Shown here piece by piece: positions 28,329 through 38,667 of a DNA stretch of 64,000 bases. The DNA is from Nannocystis bainbridge. GTDB lineage: Bacteria > Myxococcota_A > Polyangia > Nannocystales > Nannocystaceae. Every line of letters starts with the position of its first letter. Positions within the stretch are counted from its first letter, which is position 1. A program made the position numbers and the translations under genes. The DNA is taken from NCBI RefSeq assembly GCF_028368995.1, contig NZ_JAQNDL010000001.1:2592001-2656000 (forward strand), given 5' to 3'. Under the pieces are notes generated by a model. It was given only the letters and a program-made list of their open reading frames with translations. It was not told the origin of the DNA and made no database searches.

Positions 28329-30021
28329 ACCCCGCACCGACGCCGAGCGCCGCGCCCTCGCGGCGTTCACCGCTGCCGAGCCGCCGCCCGACTTCGCCGA
28401 CCGCGTGCTCGCGGCCGTCGCCGCCGAGGGCCAGCGCGAGCCCGGACATGTCCCGCTCGGCCGCCTGTTCGGCCTCGGCTGGCCCCGCCTCGCCGGCGTC
28501 GCCGCGGCCGGGGTCGTCGCCGTCGCCGTCGCTGCGGTCGCCGCCGCGTCCGCCGGCTGGATGCCCGCATGGACAGGTCTCTCGCGACATGTCCCCGAGG
28601 TCATGCCCGCCGAGCCCGCGCGCGACGACGCCCCGGTGACCGCGGCTCTGCCCCCGGGCCCGCCGACGCCAGCGCTGGCGCTGCCGGCCGACCTCGCGGA
28701 CCGCGTCGACGCCTACGTCGGCGCGTTCGGCCGCAACTACGGCGACGCCTTCAAGTTCCACGGCGTGGTCGGCGTGGTCAAGGACGGCGAGCTGGTGCTG
28801 ACCCGCGGCTACGGCCGGGCCGACATCGAGCGCGACAGCCCGATCGACGCCGACACGAAGTTCAAGATCGGCTCGCTGACCCAGACCTTCACCGCAGTGG
28901 CGGTGCTGCAGCTGCGCGACCGCGGCCTCGTCGACCTCGACGCACCTGTCCGCAAGTACATCCCCGACTATCCGGCGCTCGGCAACCGGATCACCGTGCG
29001 CCACCTGCTCACCCACACCTCGGGGATCCCCAGCTACACCGACGCGGCCGTGTTCGCGGTCGGGCACACGCGCGCCGTCGCGGCCGCCGACGTGCGGGCG
29101 ATCTTCCAGGACATCGAGCTGGAGTTCGCGCCGGGCACCGACTTCGACCTCAGCAACTCGGGTTATTTCATGCTCGGGCTGTTGGTCGAGCAGGTCGCGC
29201 GCCAGCCGTTCGCCGACTACCTGCGGGAGAACGTGCTCGCGCCCGCGGGTATGAAGAACAGCGGGGTCGGCCTCGCCGCGACCGCGCTCGGCCACGAGTT
29301 CGACGAGAACGAGGTGCTCGTGCCCGCGGCGCAGCGCCATCCTTCGGCCTACGGCGCGGCCGCCGGCATGGTCTCGACCGCCGCCGACCTGGCCCGCTGG
29401 GACCGCGCCCTGCGCACCCCGGGCCTCGTGCTGGCGCAGAAGAGCCTCGACGAGATGACGACCGTCGTGCGCGACGAGTACGGCATGGGCTGGTTCGTGC
29501 GCACCGACGCCACCGGACCTATCGCCTGGCACCCCGGCGGCGTCGAGGGTTACAACGCCACGATCGCCCGCTTCCTCGGCGACGGCGTGACCGTGTTCGT
29601 GCTGGCCAACACCGAGGCCGTCGACACCCGCGCGATCGCCTACGACGTGGCGCAGATCGCCCACGGCGGCGACGTCGCGCCGCCGCGCGAGTACGACGAG
29701 ATCCGGCTTTCGAGCGCGCAGCTCGGTCGCTACGTCGGCACCTTCGCGTTGACCGAGACGTCGCACAAGCAGCTGAAGGGCTTGGTCGAGGACGGCGAGC
29801 TCCTGGCGATCGAGCAGGTCCGCGTGTTCCGCACCGGCGACCGCCTGTGGATGAACGTGCCGGAGCACGGCGACAAATGGATGCACTTCATGGGCGACGA
29901 CCGGTTCTTCTTCAAAGATCCGTCGGCCACGATCGCCGAGTTCGGGCCTCCGGGCGCCCCCGTCGCTCATCTCACGCTGCAGTCCGGGGAACTGCGTTTC
30001 ATCCTCAAGAAGAAGGAGTGA
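28318..30021 (+). CDS. Anti-sigma-like N-terminus, TM and beta-lactamase-family (serine hydrolase) domain, probably inactive
   Basis: Overlaps the sigma stop codon. PPPDFADRVLAA then TM; FKIGSLTQ, LLTHTSGIP, LSNSGY, WHPGG. Confidence 0.85.
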   Translation: MHDEPRTDAERRALAAFTAAEPPPDFADRVLAAVAAEGQREPGHVPLGRLFGLGWPRLAGVAAAGVVAVAVAAVAAASAGWMPAWTGLSRHVPEVMPAEPARDDAPVTAALPPGPPTPALALPADLADRVDAYVGAFGRNYGDAFKFHGVVGVVKDGELVLTRGYGRADIERDSPIDADTKFKIGSLTQTFTAVAVLQLRDRGLVDLDAPVRKYIPDYPALGNRITVRHLLTHTSGIPSYTDAAVFAVGHTRAVAAADVRAIFQDIELEFAPGTDFDLSNSGYFMLGLLVEQVARQPFADYLRENVLAPAGMKNSGVGLAATALGHEFDENEVLVPAAQRHPSAYGAAAGMVSTAADLARWDRALRTPGLVLAQKSLDEMTTVVRDEYGMGWFVRTDATGPIAWHPGGVEGYNATIARFLGDGVTVFVLANTEAVDTRAIAYDVAQIAHGGDVAPPREYDEIRLSSAQLGRYVGTFALTETSHKQLKGLVEDGELLAIEQVRVFRTGDRLWMNVPEHGDKWMHFMGDDRFFFKDPSATIAEFGPPGAPVAHLTLQSGELRFILKKKE

Positions 30022-30124
30022 TCCGCAGTAATCCGCAGCGAGCCGGCGAGCCGCAGCGGGCGCCGAGCGATATTTGACAACGCCGCGCCGGCGCTCGTAT
30101 CGTGCCGGCTGGGGGATCTGCTCA

Positions 30125-30862
30125 ATGTCCAAACGTTCTGTACTCTCGGGCCATGTCGTGACGCGCAGCTTGATGTTCGCCCTGCCGTGGGCGCTCCTGG
30201 CCGCGCCCGCTTGCGACGGCGGCGAGCGCAAGTCGATCGCCGACCAGATCGGTCCGCCGACCAAGAAGCTGTCGGAGCTCAAGCAGGACAGCGGCGTGTC
30301 GGATGAGGAGCTGGCGCGCCGCCGCAAGGAGGCCGGCTTCAAGACCAAGTCCGAGGTCGACGCCGAGCTGGCGGCCGAGAACGCCAAGGAGATGGAGAAG
30401 TCCGAGCGCGAGTGGATCAAGACGCGCATCAAGGAGTACAAGCAGCTCGACGTCGACACCCGCAAGTTCATCGACGACGTCGAGAAAGAGGCCGGCAAGT
30501 GGGCCGCCGCCAAGGACCCGCAGAAGGCCGCCGACAAGGGCGTCAAGCCGCTGCAGGACCGCTTCAAGGCGCTGATCAAGCAGATCGACAAGCTGTCCGA
30601 GCGCAGCACCAAGGGCGGCAACACCCAGGCCAGCTACAACAAGCTGTTCCGCCCGCTCGAGGAGGTCGCGAACAACCTCGGGCCGGCGATCGCCAGCGAG
30701 GCCGGGTTCACCGAGGCCCTCAAGAACGCGCGCACCGAGCTCGATGGGCTCGACAAGGCGCTCGAGGAGATCGAGAAGGACGAGACCCTCACGGTCAACA
30801 AGTTCAAAGACGGCGAGGGTGAGGGCGACGCCGAGGCCAAGGACGCGAAGAAGAAGAAGTAA
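30125..30862 (+). CDS. Lys/Glu-rich coiled-coil lipoprotein
   Basis: AAPAC lipobox, helical charged body. Start is uncertain. Confidence 0.8.
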   Translation: MSKRSVLSGHVVTRSLMFALPWALLAAPACDGGERKSIADQIGPPTKKLSELKQDSGVSDEELARRRKEAGFKTKSEVDAELAAENAKEMEKSEREWIKTRIKEYKQLDVDTRKFIDDVEKEAGKWAAAKDPQKAADKGVKPLQDRFKALIKQIDKLSERSTKGGNTQASYNKLFRPLEEVANNLGPAIASEAGFTEALKNARTELDGLDKALEEIEKDETLTVNKFKDGEGEGDAEAKDAKKKK

Positions 30863-31000
30863 GGGCGAGCGCCGCCGCGCGCGCCCTGGCGCGATTTCTC
30901 CAGGGCGGCCTCCATCCCTCTCCGTCACGCCCCTCCCGTCCGCGCGCAGGCGTTTGCGGGCGGCGGACAGCGGTTCGGTCGCGTATCCTCCCGGCCACCG

Positions 31001-32089
31001 ATGTCCGCCGTCACCATCGCGCTGTTCGTCCTCGGCCTCGTCCTCCTCGTCGTCGGCGCCGAGCTGCTGGTCGGGGGCGCCGCGCGCCTGGCCGCGCGCC
31101 TCGGCATCTCGCCGCTGGTCATCGGCCTGACGGTGGTCGCCTTCGGCACCTCGGCGCCGGAGCTGGCCGTCTCGGTCAGCGCCGCGATGTCGGCCGACGG
31201 CGCCGACGTGGCGCTCGGCAACGTCGTCGGCAGCAATATCTTCAACGTCCTGTTCATCCTCGGCGTCTCGGCCCTGATCGCGCCGCTGCTGGTCCAGCGC
31301 CAGCTGGTCCGCTTCGACGTGCCGCTGATGATCGTCGCCAGCGGCGCGTGCTGGCTGATGGCGCTCGACGGCAACATCGGCCGCGTCGACGGCATCCTCC
31401 TGTTCGCCGCCCTGCTGGTCTACACCTTCATGCTGCTGCGGATCGCCCGCCGCGCCGGCGACAGCAGCGAGGAGGAGGTGCCGCTCGCCAAGCCCGGCAG
31501 CGCGACGGCGAAGGTGCCTGTCCAATTGGCCATGTTGGTGGCGGGCCTGGCGATGCTGGTGCTCGGCTCGGGCTGGCTGGTCGACGGCGCGGTCGCGTTC
31601 GCCCGCCTGTTCGGGGTCAGCGAGCTGGTCATCGGCCTGACGATCGTCGCCGCCGGGACCTCGCTGCCCGAGGTCGCGACGTCGGTGCTGGCGGCGATCC
31701 GCGGCCAGCGCGACATCGCCGTCGGCAACGTCGTCGGCAGCTGCATCTTCAACATCTTCTGCGTCCTCGGCATCAGCGCCGCGGTCGCCCCAGGCGGCGT
31801 CACCGTGGCCCCGGCCGCGCTGGCCTTCGACATCCCGGTGATGACCGCGGTCGCCATCTCCTGCTTGCCGCTGTTCCTCACCGGCGGCGGCCTGGCCCGC
31901 TGGGAGGGCGCGCTGTTCCTGTTCTACTACGTCGCCTACACGGCCTACTTGATCCTCGCGTCGCAGCAGCACGAGGCGCTGGCGACCTACGGCATGGCGA
32001 TGCGCTACGTCGCCTTGCCGCTGACGGGCCTCACGCTGCTGCTCGGCCTCGTGCTCGAGCTGAAGCAGCGCAACGCCAGGGCCGCGTGA
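31001..32089 (+). CDS. Calcium/sodium antiporter (YrbG family)
   Basis: Two alpha repeats, GTSAPE and GTSLPE; GNVVGSNIFN. Confidence 0.95.
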   Translation: MSAVTIALFVLGLVLLVVGAELLVGGAARLAARLGISPLVIGLTVVAFGTSAPELAVSVSAAMSADGADVALGNVVGSNIFNVLFILGVSALIAPLLVQRQLVRFDVPLMIVASGACWLMALDGNIGRVDGILLFAALLVYTFMLLRIARRAGDSSEEEVPLAKPGSATAKVPVQLAMLVAGLAMLVLGSGWLVDGAVAFARLFGVSELVIGLTIVAAGTSLPEVATSVLAAIRGQRDIAVGNVVGSCIFNIFCVLGISAAVAPGGVTVAPAALAFDIPVMTAVAISCLPLFLTGGGLARWEGALFLFYYVAYTAYLILASQQHEALATYGMAMRYVALPLTGLTLLLGLVLELKQRNARAA

Positions 32090-32220
32090 GGCCGTGAAGC
32101 GAGCGCCCGCGACGCGCAACGCGCTGCGCGGCGCGGCTGACCGAGCGTGGTGATTTCGCCGTCCTCCGCGCGCGTGGCCGTGCAGGTGACCGCCCGGCGC
32201 GGATCGGCTACCGTCGCCGC

Positions 32221-34422
32221 GTGGCTGAAGGCGAAGCGCTCCCGATCCCCGTCCCGCCCGAACTCGACCCGCCCGAATTGACGCGCGGGCCGCTGCTGCT
32301 CGGGGTGCTGCTCGGGATCGTGTTCGGCGCCTCGTCGATCTACCTCACCCTCAAGGTCGGCCTCACCGTCTCGGCGTCGATCCCCGTCGCGGTGCTGGCG
32401 ATCACCGTCCTGCGCGCCCTCAGTCGCGCGCTCGGGACCCGCCGCTCGACCATCCTCGAGAACAACACCGTGCAGACGGCCGGCTCGGCCGGCGAGTCGA
32501 TCGCGTTCGGCGTCGGCGTCACCATGCCGGCGCTGATGATCCTCGGCTACGACATGGACATCGGCCGCGTGATGCTGGTGGCCATCCTCGGCAGCATCCT
32601 CGGCGTGCTGCTGTTCTCGCCGATGCGCCGGCCGATGATGGCCGACAAGACGCTGGCGTTCCCCGAGGGCACCGCCTGCGCCGAGGTGCTGAAGGTCGGC
32701 GAGCGCGGCGGGTCGACCGCCCGCACCGTGTTCAGCGGCTTCTTCGTCGGCCTGTTCTACAAGCTGGCGATGGCGGGCGCGCACCTGTGGAAAGAGGTGC
32801 CGACGTGGGTCTCGGGTGGGATCAAGACGGTCGCCACGCCGCAGGGCGACCTCACGGTGAGCACGCCGGGAGTACTGCCGGGCGGCTCGGTGGGCGCCGA
32901 GATCTCGCCGGAGCTGCTCGGGGTCGGCTACATCGTCGGCCTGCGCGTCGGCGGGATCATGCTCGGCGGCGGCGTGCTGTCGTACCTGGTGCTGATCCCG
33001 ATGATCAAGTTCTTCGGCAGCGCCAGCCCCGACGCGCTGGTGTTCCCGGCGACCAAGCCGATCGCGTCGATGGGCATCGACGACATCCGCAACGCCTACG
33101 TGCTCTACATCGGCGCCGGCGCGGTCGCGGCCGGCGGCATCATCAGCATGGCGCGCTCGCTGCCGACGATCTTCACGTCGCTGCGCGCCGGCCTGTCGTC
33201 GCTCGGCAGCGGCAAGGGCAAGACCGAGGTGCTCCGCACCGAGCGCGAGCTGTCGATGAAGACAGTGCTGCTCGGCGCACTCGCGGTGATCGCGGCGATC
33301 AGCCTGTCGCCGTTCTTCCCGGTCGGCTTCCTCGGCGCGCTGCTGATGGGCCTGTTCGCGTTCCTGTTCGTCACCGTGTCGGGCCGCCTGACCGGCGAGA
33401 TCGGCTCGTCGTCGAACCCGATCTCCGGCATGACGGTGGCGACCCTGCTGCTGACCTGCCTGATCTTCCTCGCCGCCGACTGGGTCGGGCCCGAGCACCG
33501 CCTCGGCGCGCTCACCATCGCCGGCGTCGTCTGCGTGGCCGCCAGCGTCGGCGGGACCACGGCGCAGTCGCTGAAGACCGGCGCGCTGATCGGCGCGACC
33601 CCGCGGCGGCAGCAGATCACGATGATCATCGGCTCGGCCACCTCGGCGCTGGTGATCGGCTTCACGCTGCTGCTGCTCAACAACGCCAGCACCGTCTACA
33701 CCCTCAAGCACGAGGCCGCCGGGGTGCACGCGCCGGCCGACGTGCCGCTCGGCCCGGCCGAGCCGCTGCGCGGGCCCGAGGCGCTCGCCGATGCGGCCAG
33801 CTACCGGGTGCTGCAGCTGCCCAAGCCGCGCGACGGCATCCCGGCCGGAAAGTACCTGGTCGATGAGACAGGCGCGATCAAGTACCTGGTCGACCCCGGC
33901 ATCAACGGCCGCGTCAAGAAGCGCGACGACGACACGCCGGTGGTCAAGTACGACGCGCCCAAGGCGAGCCTGATGGCGCTCATCACCGACGGCATCCTGA
34001 CCCAGCAGCTGCCGTGGGTGCTCGTCATCCTCGGGGTGATGATCGCCGCCACGCTCGAGCTGGCAGGTGTCAGCGCGCTGCCGTTCGCCGTCGGCGTGTA
34101 CCTGCCGATCGCCGCCAGCGCGCCGATCTTCGTCGGCGGCCTCGTGCGTCACTTCGCCGACCGCGCCCGCCAGCGCCGGCGCGTGTCCGCGGGCATGGCC
34201 GCCGAGAGCGAGCTCGAGGCCGAGTCGAGCCCGGGCGTGCTGATGTCGAGCGGCCTCATCGCCGGCGGGGCGATCGCCGGCATCGGCCTGGCCCTGCTGG
34301 CGCTCGCGCCGTCGGTGCAGCACGCGATCAACTTCGGCGAGACCGCGGAGCTCGGCGACCTCGGCTCGCTGATCCCGTTCGGCCTGCTCGTCGCCGGCCT
34401 GGTGGTGATGGCGCGCCGCTGA
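32221..34422 (+). CDS. OPT family oligopeptide transporter
   Basis: LKVGLTVSASIP, ENNTVQT, FPEGTACAEVL, SSNPISGMT, LKTGALIGATP. Confidence 0.95.
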   Translation: MAEGEALPIPVPPELDPPELTRGPLLLGVLLGIVFGASSIYLTLKVGLTVSASIPVAVLAITVLRALSRALGTRRSTILENNTVQTAGSAGESIAFGVGVTMPALMILGYDMDIGRVMLVAILGSILGVLLFSPMRRPMMADKTLAFPEGTACAEVLKVGERGGSTARTVFSGFFVGLFYKLAMAGAHLWKEVPTWVSGGIKTVATPQGDLTVSTPGVLPGGSVGAEISPELLGVGYIVGLRVGGIMLGGGVLSYLVLIPMIKFFGSASPDALVFPATKPIASMGIDDIRNAYVLYIGAGAVAAGGIISMARSLPTIFTSLRAGLSSLGSGKGKTEVLRTERELSMKTVLLGALAVIAAISLSPFFPVGFLGALLMGLFAFLFVTVSGRLTGEIGSSSNPISGMTVATLLLTCLIFLAADWVGPEHRLGALTIAGVVCVAASVGGTTAQSLKTGALIGATPRRQQITMIIGSATSALVIGFTLLLLNNASTVYTLKHEAAGVHAPADVPLGPAEPLRGPEALADAASYRVLQLPKPRDGIPAGKYLVDETGAIKYLVDPGINGRVKKRDDDTPVVKYDAPKASLMALITDGILTQQLPWVLVILGVMIAATLELAGVSALPFAVGVYLPIAASAPIFVGGLVRHFADRARQRRRVSAGMAAESELEAESSPGVLMSSGLIAGGAIAGIGLALLALAPSVQHAINFGETAELGDLGSLIPFGLLVAGLVVMARR

Positions 34423-34475
34423 TGCTCGCCGCGGGCCTGCCCGGCAGGCCCGCCGTTCGCCCGCGGCGCCGCGGG

Positions 34476-35258
34476 TCACACCGGCAGCTGATAGCGCCAG
34501 TGTGACAGCGGGTCGCGGCGGATGAACACGTGCATGCCGCCCTCGCCGGCCGCGACGGTGAAGATCGAGCGGTCGACGCTCCACTCGTAGCCGAGAGTGG
34601 TCACGTCGACATGAATCAAGAGCCATGTCGGAAAGGGCAGGCGCCACAAAAAATCGCGGACGAACTCGGGGAGGCTGGCGAACTTGCCGGCGTAGACCGG
34701 GAGCGCCTCGTTGACGCCGTTGTCGCCGAAGCGCGCCCGCAGGAGCCCGCGCACGTGCTCGGCCTGCTGCGCCTCGTCCTCGCCGCCCTCGTCGCCGAGG
34801 CGGAAGGCGTACAGCGTGCCCTCGCGCTCGACGGTCCAGAAGTGCCGCTGCAGGTGCATGTCGAGGCCGATGCCGGCCAGGTCGGTGCGCGGGTGGATCT
34901 GCCCGGTGAAGCCGAGCGCGCCGCGGGCGAACGCCGCAAAATCGCTGTAGGCCCCGAAGTAGGCGCCGACGTAGGAGAACGGCCGCGCCGGCTCGGGCAC
35001 GCCCGGGTCGCTGGGCCGCGCCAGTCGATTGCCGCGCCGCAGCACCCGCGCGTTGCTCAGCTCGCGGTGGTGGCTGCGAAAGCGATCGACGAGCGCGTCG
35101 ACCTCGTCGAACAGCCGCGCGACGTCGGGGTCGCCCTCGCTGACGGCCGCGCGCTGCAGTGACGCGACGGCGGTCTTGACCAGCTCCTGGGCAAACCCCG
35201 CGGCGGTGATGCGGACGTCGCGGGTGATCTCGTGTCGAGTCCGCTGCCTGAAGTCCAT
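34476..35258 (-). CDS. Hypothetical protein with two ArdA-C-terminal-like repeats
   Basis: YFGAYSDFAAFAR...FWTV...LYAF and YAGKFASLPEFVR...PTWL..HVD...IFTV...MHVF. Confidence 0.6.
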   Translation of the reverse strand: MDFRQRTRHEITRDVRITAAGFAQELVKTAVASLQRAAVSEGDPDVARLFDEVDALVDRFRSHHRELSNARVLRRGNRLARPSDPGVPEPARPFSYVGAYFGAYSDFAAFARGALGFTGQIHPRTDLAGIGLDMHLQRHFWTVEREGTLYAFRLGDEGGEDEAQQAEHVRGLLRARFGDNGVNEALPVYAGKFASLPEFVRDFLWRLPFPTWLLIHVDVTTLGYEWSVDRSIFTVAAGEGGMHVFIRRDPLSHWRYQLPV

Positions 35259-35582
35259 GCGTGGCCTCGCTCTGCACGCGATCATACCCGAGCTCGCCAT
35301 GTCCCCACAAGTCCCCTTCCGTATTCTTCAGTCCCCTCCAGTGCCCATGCGTCCCGCCTCGGCCGCACGCGACTTGGGCCCGGACGCCTCCCCGACACGA
35401 GCGTCAAAAAACGTCCAAAGCGGCCGGGGCAGCAGCCAAGGCCGCGAGTGCGCGAAACCACTTTTCATCCGCGCACGAAGTCGGATATGTTGGTGGGTCG
35501 CGCGCGTGGGGCCCGACGTGCTCACGGGTCCGCGCCGAAGCTCGCGCGGCGAGCGACGCCGAGAAGCTGGTAACGTGGGCCC

Positions 35583-36320
35583 GTGGCGCTCACCGACGAA
35601 CAAGCGTGGACTCTGACCTCGGCCGGCCTCGTCGCGCTGGCCGACGGCGTGCTCAAGGGCGGCGAGGCGACGCGGATCCTGGCGCTGGCCAGCGAGCAGC
35701 TGGCGGCCGAGGAGCAGGACGCGTGGATCGATCGGCTCGCCGACGCGACGGCGCTGTGGGATCACGCGCGCCGGTTGCCGCGCCCGCCGGCCGAGCGAGC
35801 CCCCGACATCCTGCGCCGCGCCTGGTCGATCGCGCTGGTCGACGGCGAGGGCAGCGCGGAGGAGGCGGAGGTGCTGGGCCGCGTCGGCGAGCTGCTGGCG
35901 GTCGACCGCGAGCAGCTGACGGCGTGGCGCAAGGCGTGGACCGGCGAGGCGAGCGAGCTGGCGCAGTACGTGGCCGCGTTCGCGGCGCTGATGCTGCACC
36001 GCCGCGCCGACGCGGCGCGCGAGCCGAGGCAGGCGATCGATGACGCCGGCCGGTCCGAGTTCCGCGCGCTGCTGGCCCAGCTGCCGCTCACCGAGTCGCG
36101 CCGCAACCGGGCCCTGCGGCTGATCGATCAGGAGCCGACGCTCGACGAACTCGCCGGCGCGCTGCAGCTGGCCGACCCGGCCCGCCGCGGCCAGGCGCTC
36201 GAGGAGATCGCCCGGCTGATCCGCGGCAGCAACCACGGCGCCGTCGGCCGCCAGCTGTTCCTCGCCCTCGCCGCCCGCATGGCGGTCCCCGAGGACGTGG
36301 CGCGCGTGATCCTCGGCTGA
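35583..36320 (+). CDS. TerB-like domain protein (probably tandem domains)
   Basis: LVALADGVLKGGE, IALVDGEGSAEEAEVL..VGELL, and a second degenerate unit ending LAARMAV. Confidence 0.7.
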   Translation: MALTDEQAWTLTSAGLVALADGVLKGGEATRILALASEQLAAEEQDAWIDRLADATALWDHARRLPRPPAERAPDILRRAWSIALVDGEGSAEEAEVLGRVGELLAVDREQLTAWRKAWTGEASELAQYVAAFAALMLHRRADAAREPRQAIDDAGRSEFRALLAQLPLTESRRNRALRLIDQEPTLDELAGALQLADPARRGQALEEIARLIRGSNHGAVGRQLFLALAARMAVPEDVARVILG

Positions 36321-36503
36321 GGCGACCTGTCCCCGGGGACATCCTCCGACGGAGTTATGGAAATTTGCTTGGGCCTGTCCCGAAGGACAGGCCCATGGCG
36401 GCTGCCAGGCTCGACCGCACGACCGAGCGCGTCACCTTCCGCGCAGGACGCGGACTCCGCCGTCCGCGCATTCACGGACTGCGTGCTCACGCGGGCGAGC
36501 GGC

Positions 36504-36968
36504 TCAGATCATCGGCCGGTTGGGAGCGGCGGGCAGCTGCTCGAGCATCCGCTCCAGGCGCGTCAGGTGGTCCTGAGAGTGGTCGAGCAGGCCCTGGATC
36601 TCCCGCAGGATGTCGGCGTCCAGCTGCGGGTCCGACAGCAGCTTGGCGTAGCCCTCGTAGCCGACGACTTCGCCGCGGTGCAGCACGCGCAGCGGGACCT
36701 CGTCGTTGACGATCGAGGCCAGGCGCTCGAGGCCGGTCGTCAGCGAGCCCCAGGCGCCCGAGCTCTCGGGCTCGAGCCCGCCGTGCTGGCGGATGATCGC
36801 GCCGAGCCGGTTGACCGCGCTGACGTGGTCCTCGCGCAGGCGGACCAGCTCGGCCTCCTCATTTTGACCGGCGAACTTCTGCAGCGCGCGGTCGTAAGCT
36901 TCGATCGCGGACAGCTCGCCGCGGTATTGCGACATGAGCGAGTCCATGAGCGGCTTGGATAGTGCCAT
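36504..36968 (-). CDS. DUF2383/ferritin-like domain protein
   Basis: GELSAIEAYDRAL, DHVSAV..L...I, SSGAWG, GE..GYEGY; GGAGG RBS. Confidence 0.85.
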   Translation of the reverse strand: MALSKPLMDSLMSQYRGELSAIEAYDRALQKFAGQNEEAELVRLREDHVSAVNRLGAIIRQHGGLEPESSGAWGSLTTGLERLASIVNDEVPLRVLHRGEVVGYEGYAKLLSDPQLDADILREIQGLLDHSQDHLTRLERMLEQLPAAPNRPMI

Positions 36969-37086
36969 GGGCGGGTCCTCCGAACGCAACCGTGACCGAC
37001 GACACCGCGCTGTCAAGCGCCCGGGCAGCGGCCCCGGCGCCGCCAGCGGACGCGACCGTGGCGCGAACGGCTGGCGCGGCGGCGCG

Positions 37087-37133
37087 GATGTCTCTTTGCA
37101 CATGTCCTCACGGACATGCCTCTTGGGACATCC
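37087..37133. repeat. 14-bp-phased GACATGTC-type array (4 units)
   Basis: Cores at 37087, 37101, 37115 and 37129. Confidence 0.85.
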
Positions 37134-37388
37134 AGGAGCACGAGCGCCCCGCGCGTGGCCGCGCCGAGCCGGACGCGTCACTGGGGCGACTGGCCCGGTG
37201 GCGGCCTCGGCTTCACACTGAACGGGATGGAGGCGCTCTTGGCCATGCTGCTGATGCCGCTGCTGCTGGTGGCGCCGCTGGGCGAGGCGCTCGAGCGGCG
37301 GCGCGACCGGCTGCACGACCGTGAGGTCGAGCGGGCCTGGGGCCAGACCTGGATGCGGGTGCACGGGCCGCGCGCGTGGGCCTTCGGC

Positions 37389-38186
37389 TCAGGGTGCTGC
37401 AGGCTTCACGAAGCGCACCACGAAGCGATCGGCCGTGCCGCGCTTCCCCGCCGCCGCCGCGGCCGTCGGCGCCGCGTTCCAGTCGCGCGGGTCGTCCGGG
37501 TTGCGGAGAAATTCCGCCGACCCCGCGCGCTCGAAACCCGCCTGTAGCACCTCGTCGACGACCGTCGACTCCTCGACGCGGTGCAGCGACTCGGCCTCGC
37601 CGGCGCCCGCCCCTGCGCGCGCGCTGTGATCGACGATGACGTAGAACCCGCCGGGGCGCAGCGCGGCGAAGATGGCCTGGTTCATGCGCGCGCGGTCGGT
37701 GCCCATCCAGAAGGTGTCGTGATAGAAGAGCACGTTGATCACGCCGTCGAGCTCGCGGGCCTCGGACGGCAGCGGATCGTCGAACTCGCGGTCGACGCGG
37801 ACCACGTTGCGCAGCTCCGGCGTCGCCAGCCGCTCGGTCCACGCCGGCTCCACGAACCGCGTCGTCACGAATTTGTTGTTCTGCGCATACACCACGCCGT
37901 CAGGCCCGACCGCACGCGCCAGCAAGAAGGTGGTGTAGCCGCGCCCCGCACCGAGGTCGGCGAGCCGCATGCCCGGGCGCAGGGCCAGGAACCGCAGCAG
38001 CTCCTCGGGCCTCCGCCCCGCGTCGAGCTCCCGCTCCGCGGGCGGCCGGGCCGGGTCCTCGACGATCGCCCGGATCGCCGCGTCGTCGAGCCCGGGGCCC
38101 GCGTCGGGCGCCCGGATCACGGCCGGCTCGGCTGCCGGATGGCAGGCAATCAGCGCGAGGAGGAGGAGCGCGGCGCGGCGGAGCAT
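37389..38186 (-). CDS. Exported class I SAM-dependent methyltransferase
   Basis: LIAC lipobox; DAGRRPEELL, DLGAGRGY, LRPGGFYVIVDH, LRNPDD. Confidence 0.9.
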   Translation of the reverse strand: MLRRAALLLLALIACHPAAEPAVIRAPDAGPGLDDAAIRAIVEDPARPPAERELDAGRRPEELLRFLALRPGMRLADLGAGRGYTTFLLARAVGPDGVVYAQNNKFVTTRFVEPAWTERLATPELRNVVRVDREFDDPLPSEARELDGVINVLFYHDTFWMGTDRARMNQAIFAALRPGGFYVIVDHSARAGAGAGEAESLHRVEESTVVDEVLQAGFERAGSAEFLRNPDDPRDWNAAPTAAAAAGKRGTADRFVVRFVKPAAP

Positions 38187-38667
38187 CGCGCGCAACCTAG
38201 CACCGCGCGCGCACGCGGTCACAATTGTCGCGCGCGTGAGCCCCGGCCCGGGGGCTCACAGCGGCATGCGACAACCGATCGCCACGGCCAGGACCGCGGT
38301 GACGGCGATCACGATCGCCAACCTCCGCAGCACCCGGCCGCGCGAACAAAAGAACATGTCCGAAGGGACACCCACGGCTCTGCGCGGGAGATCGACCCCG
38401 GAGGTCCTGCCGGCAGAAATTTCCGGGGCCTTCACCAGCCGCCGCGCTCGGCCGGCCGACCTGCGCGGCTCACCGCGGCATGTCCCCAGGGACATGTTCG
38501 ATCGACCCCGTGGAGGACCGGCGCCTGAGGACCGACGACGAGCGAGCGCGCGCACCCCCGGCAACGCGCGACGCGGGGGCGGCCATTCCCCGGGCGGCCT
38601 CCGGGTCCGCGTGGTCTCACGCCCGCCGGGACGACGCGCGGGGACGCGGACGTGCGAAGCTCCGCGC

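Noticed and set aside
37227-37547. Small membrane-protein ORF MEALLAMLLMPLLL...
   Set aside because: Overlaps the methyltransferase 3' end by about 160 bp and has no clear RBS. Cannot be supported, though not fully excluded.
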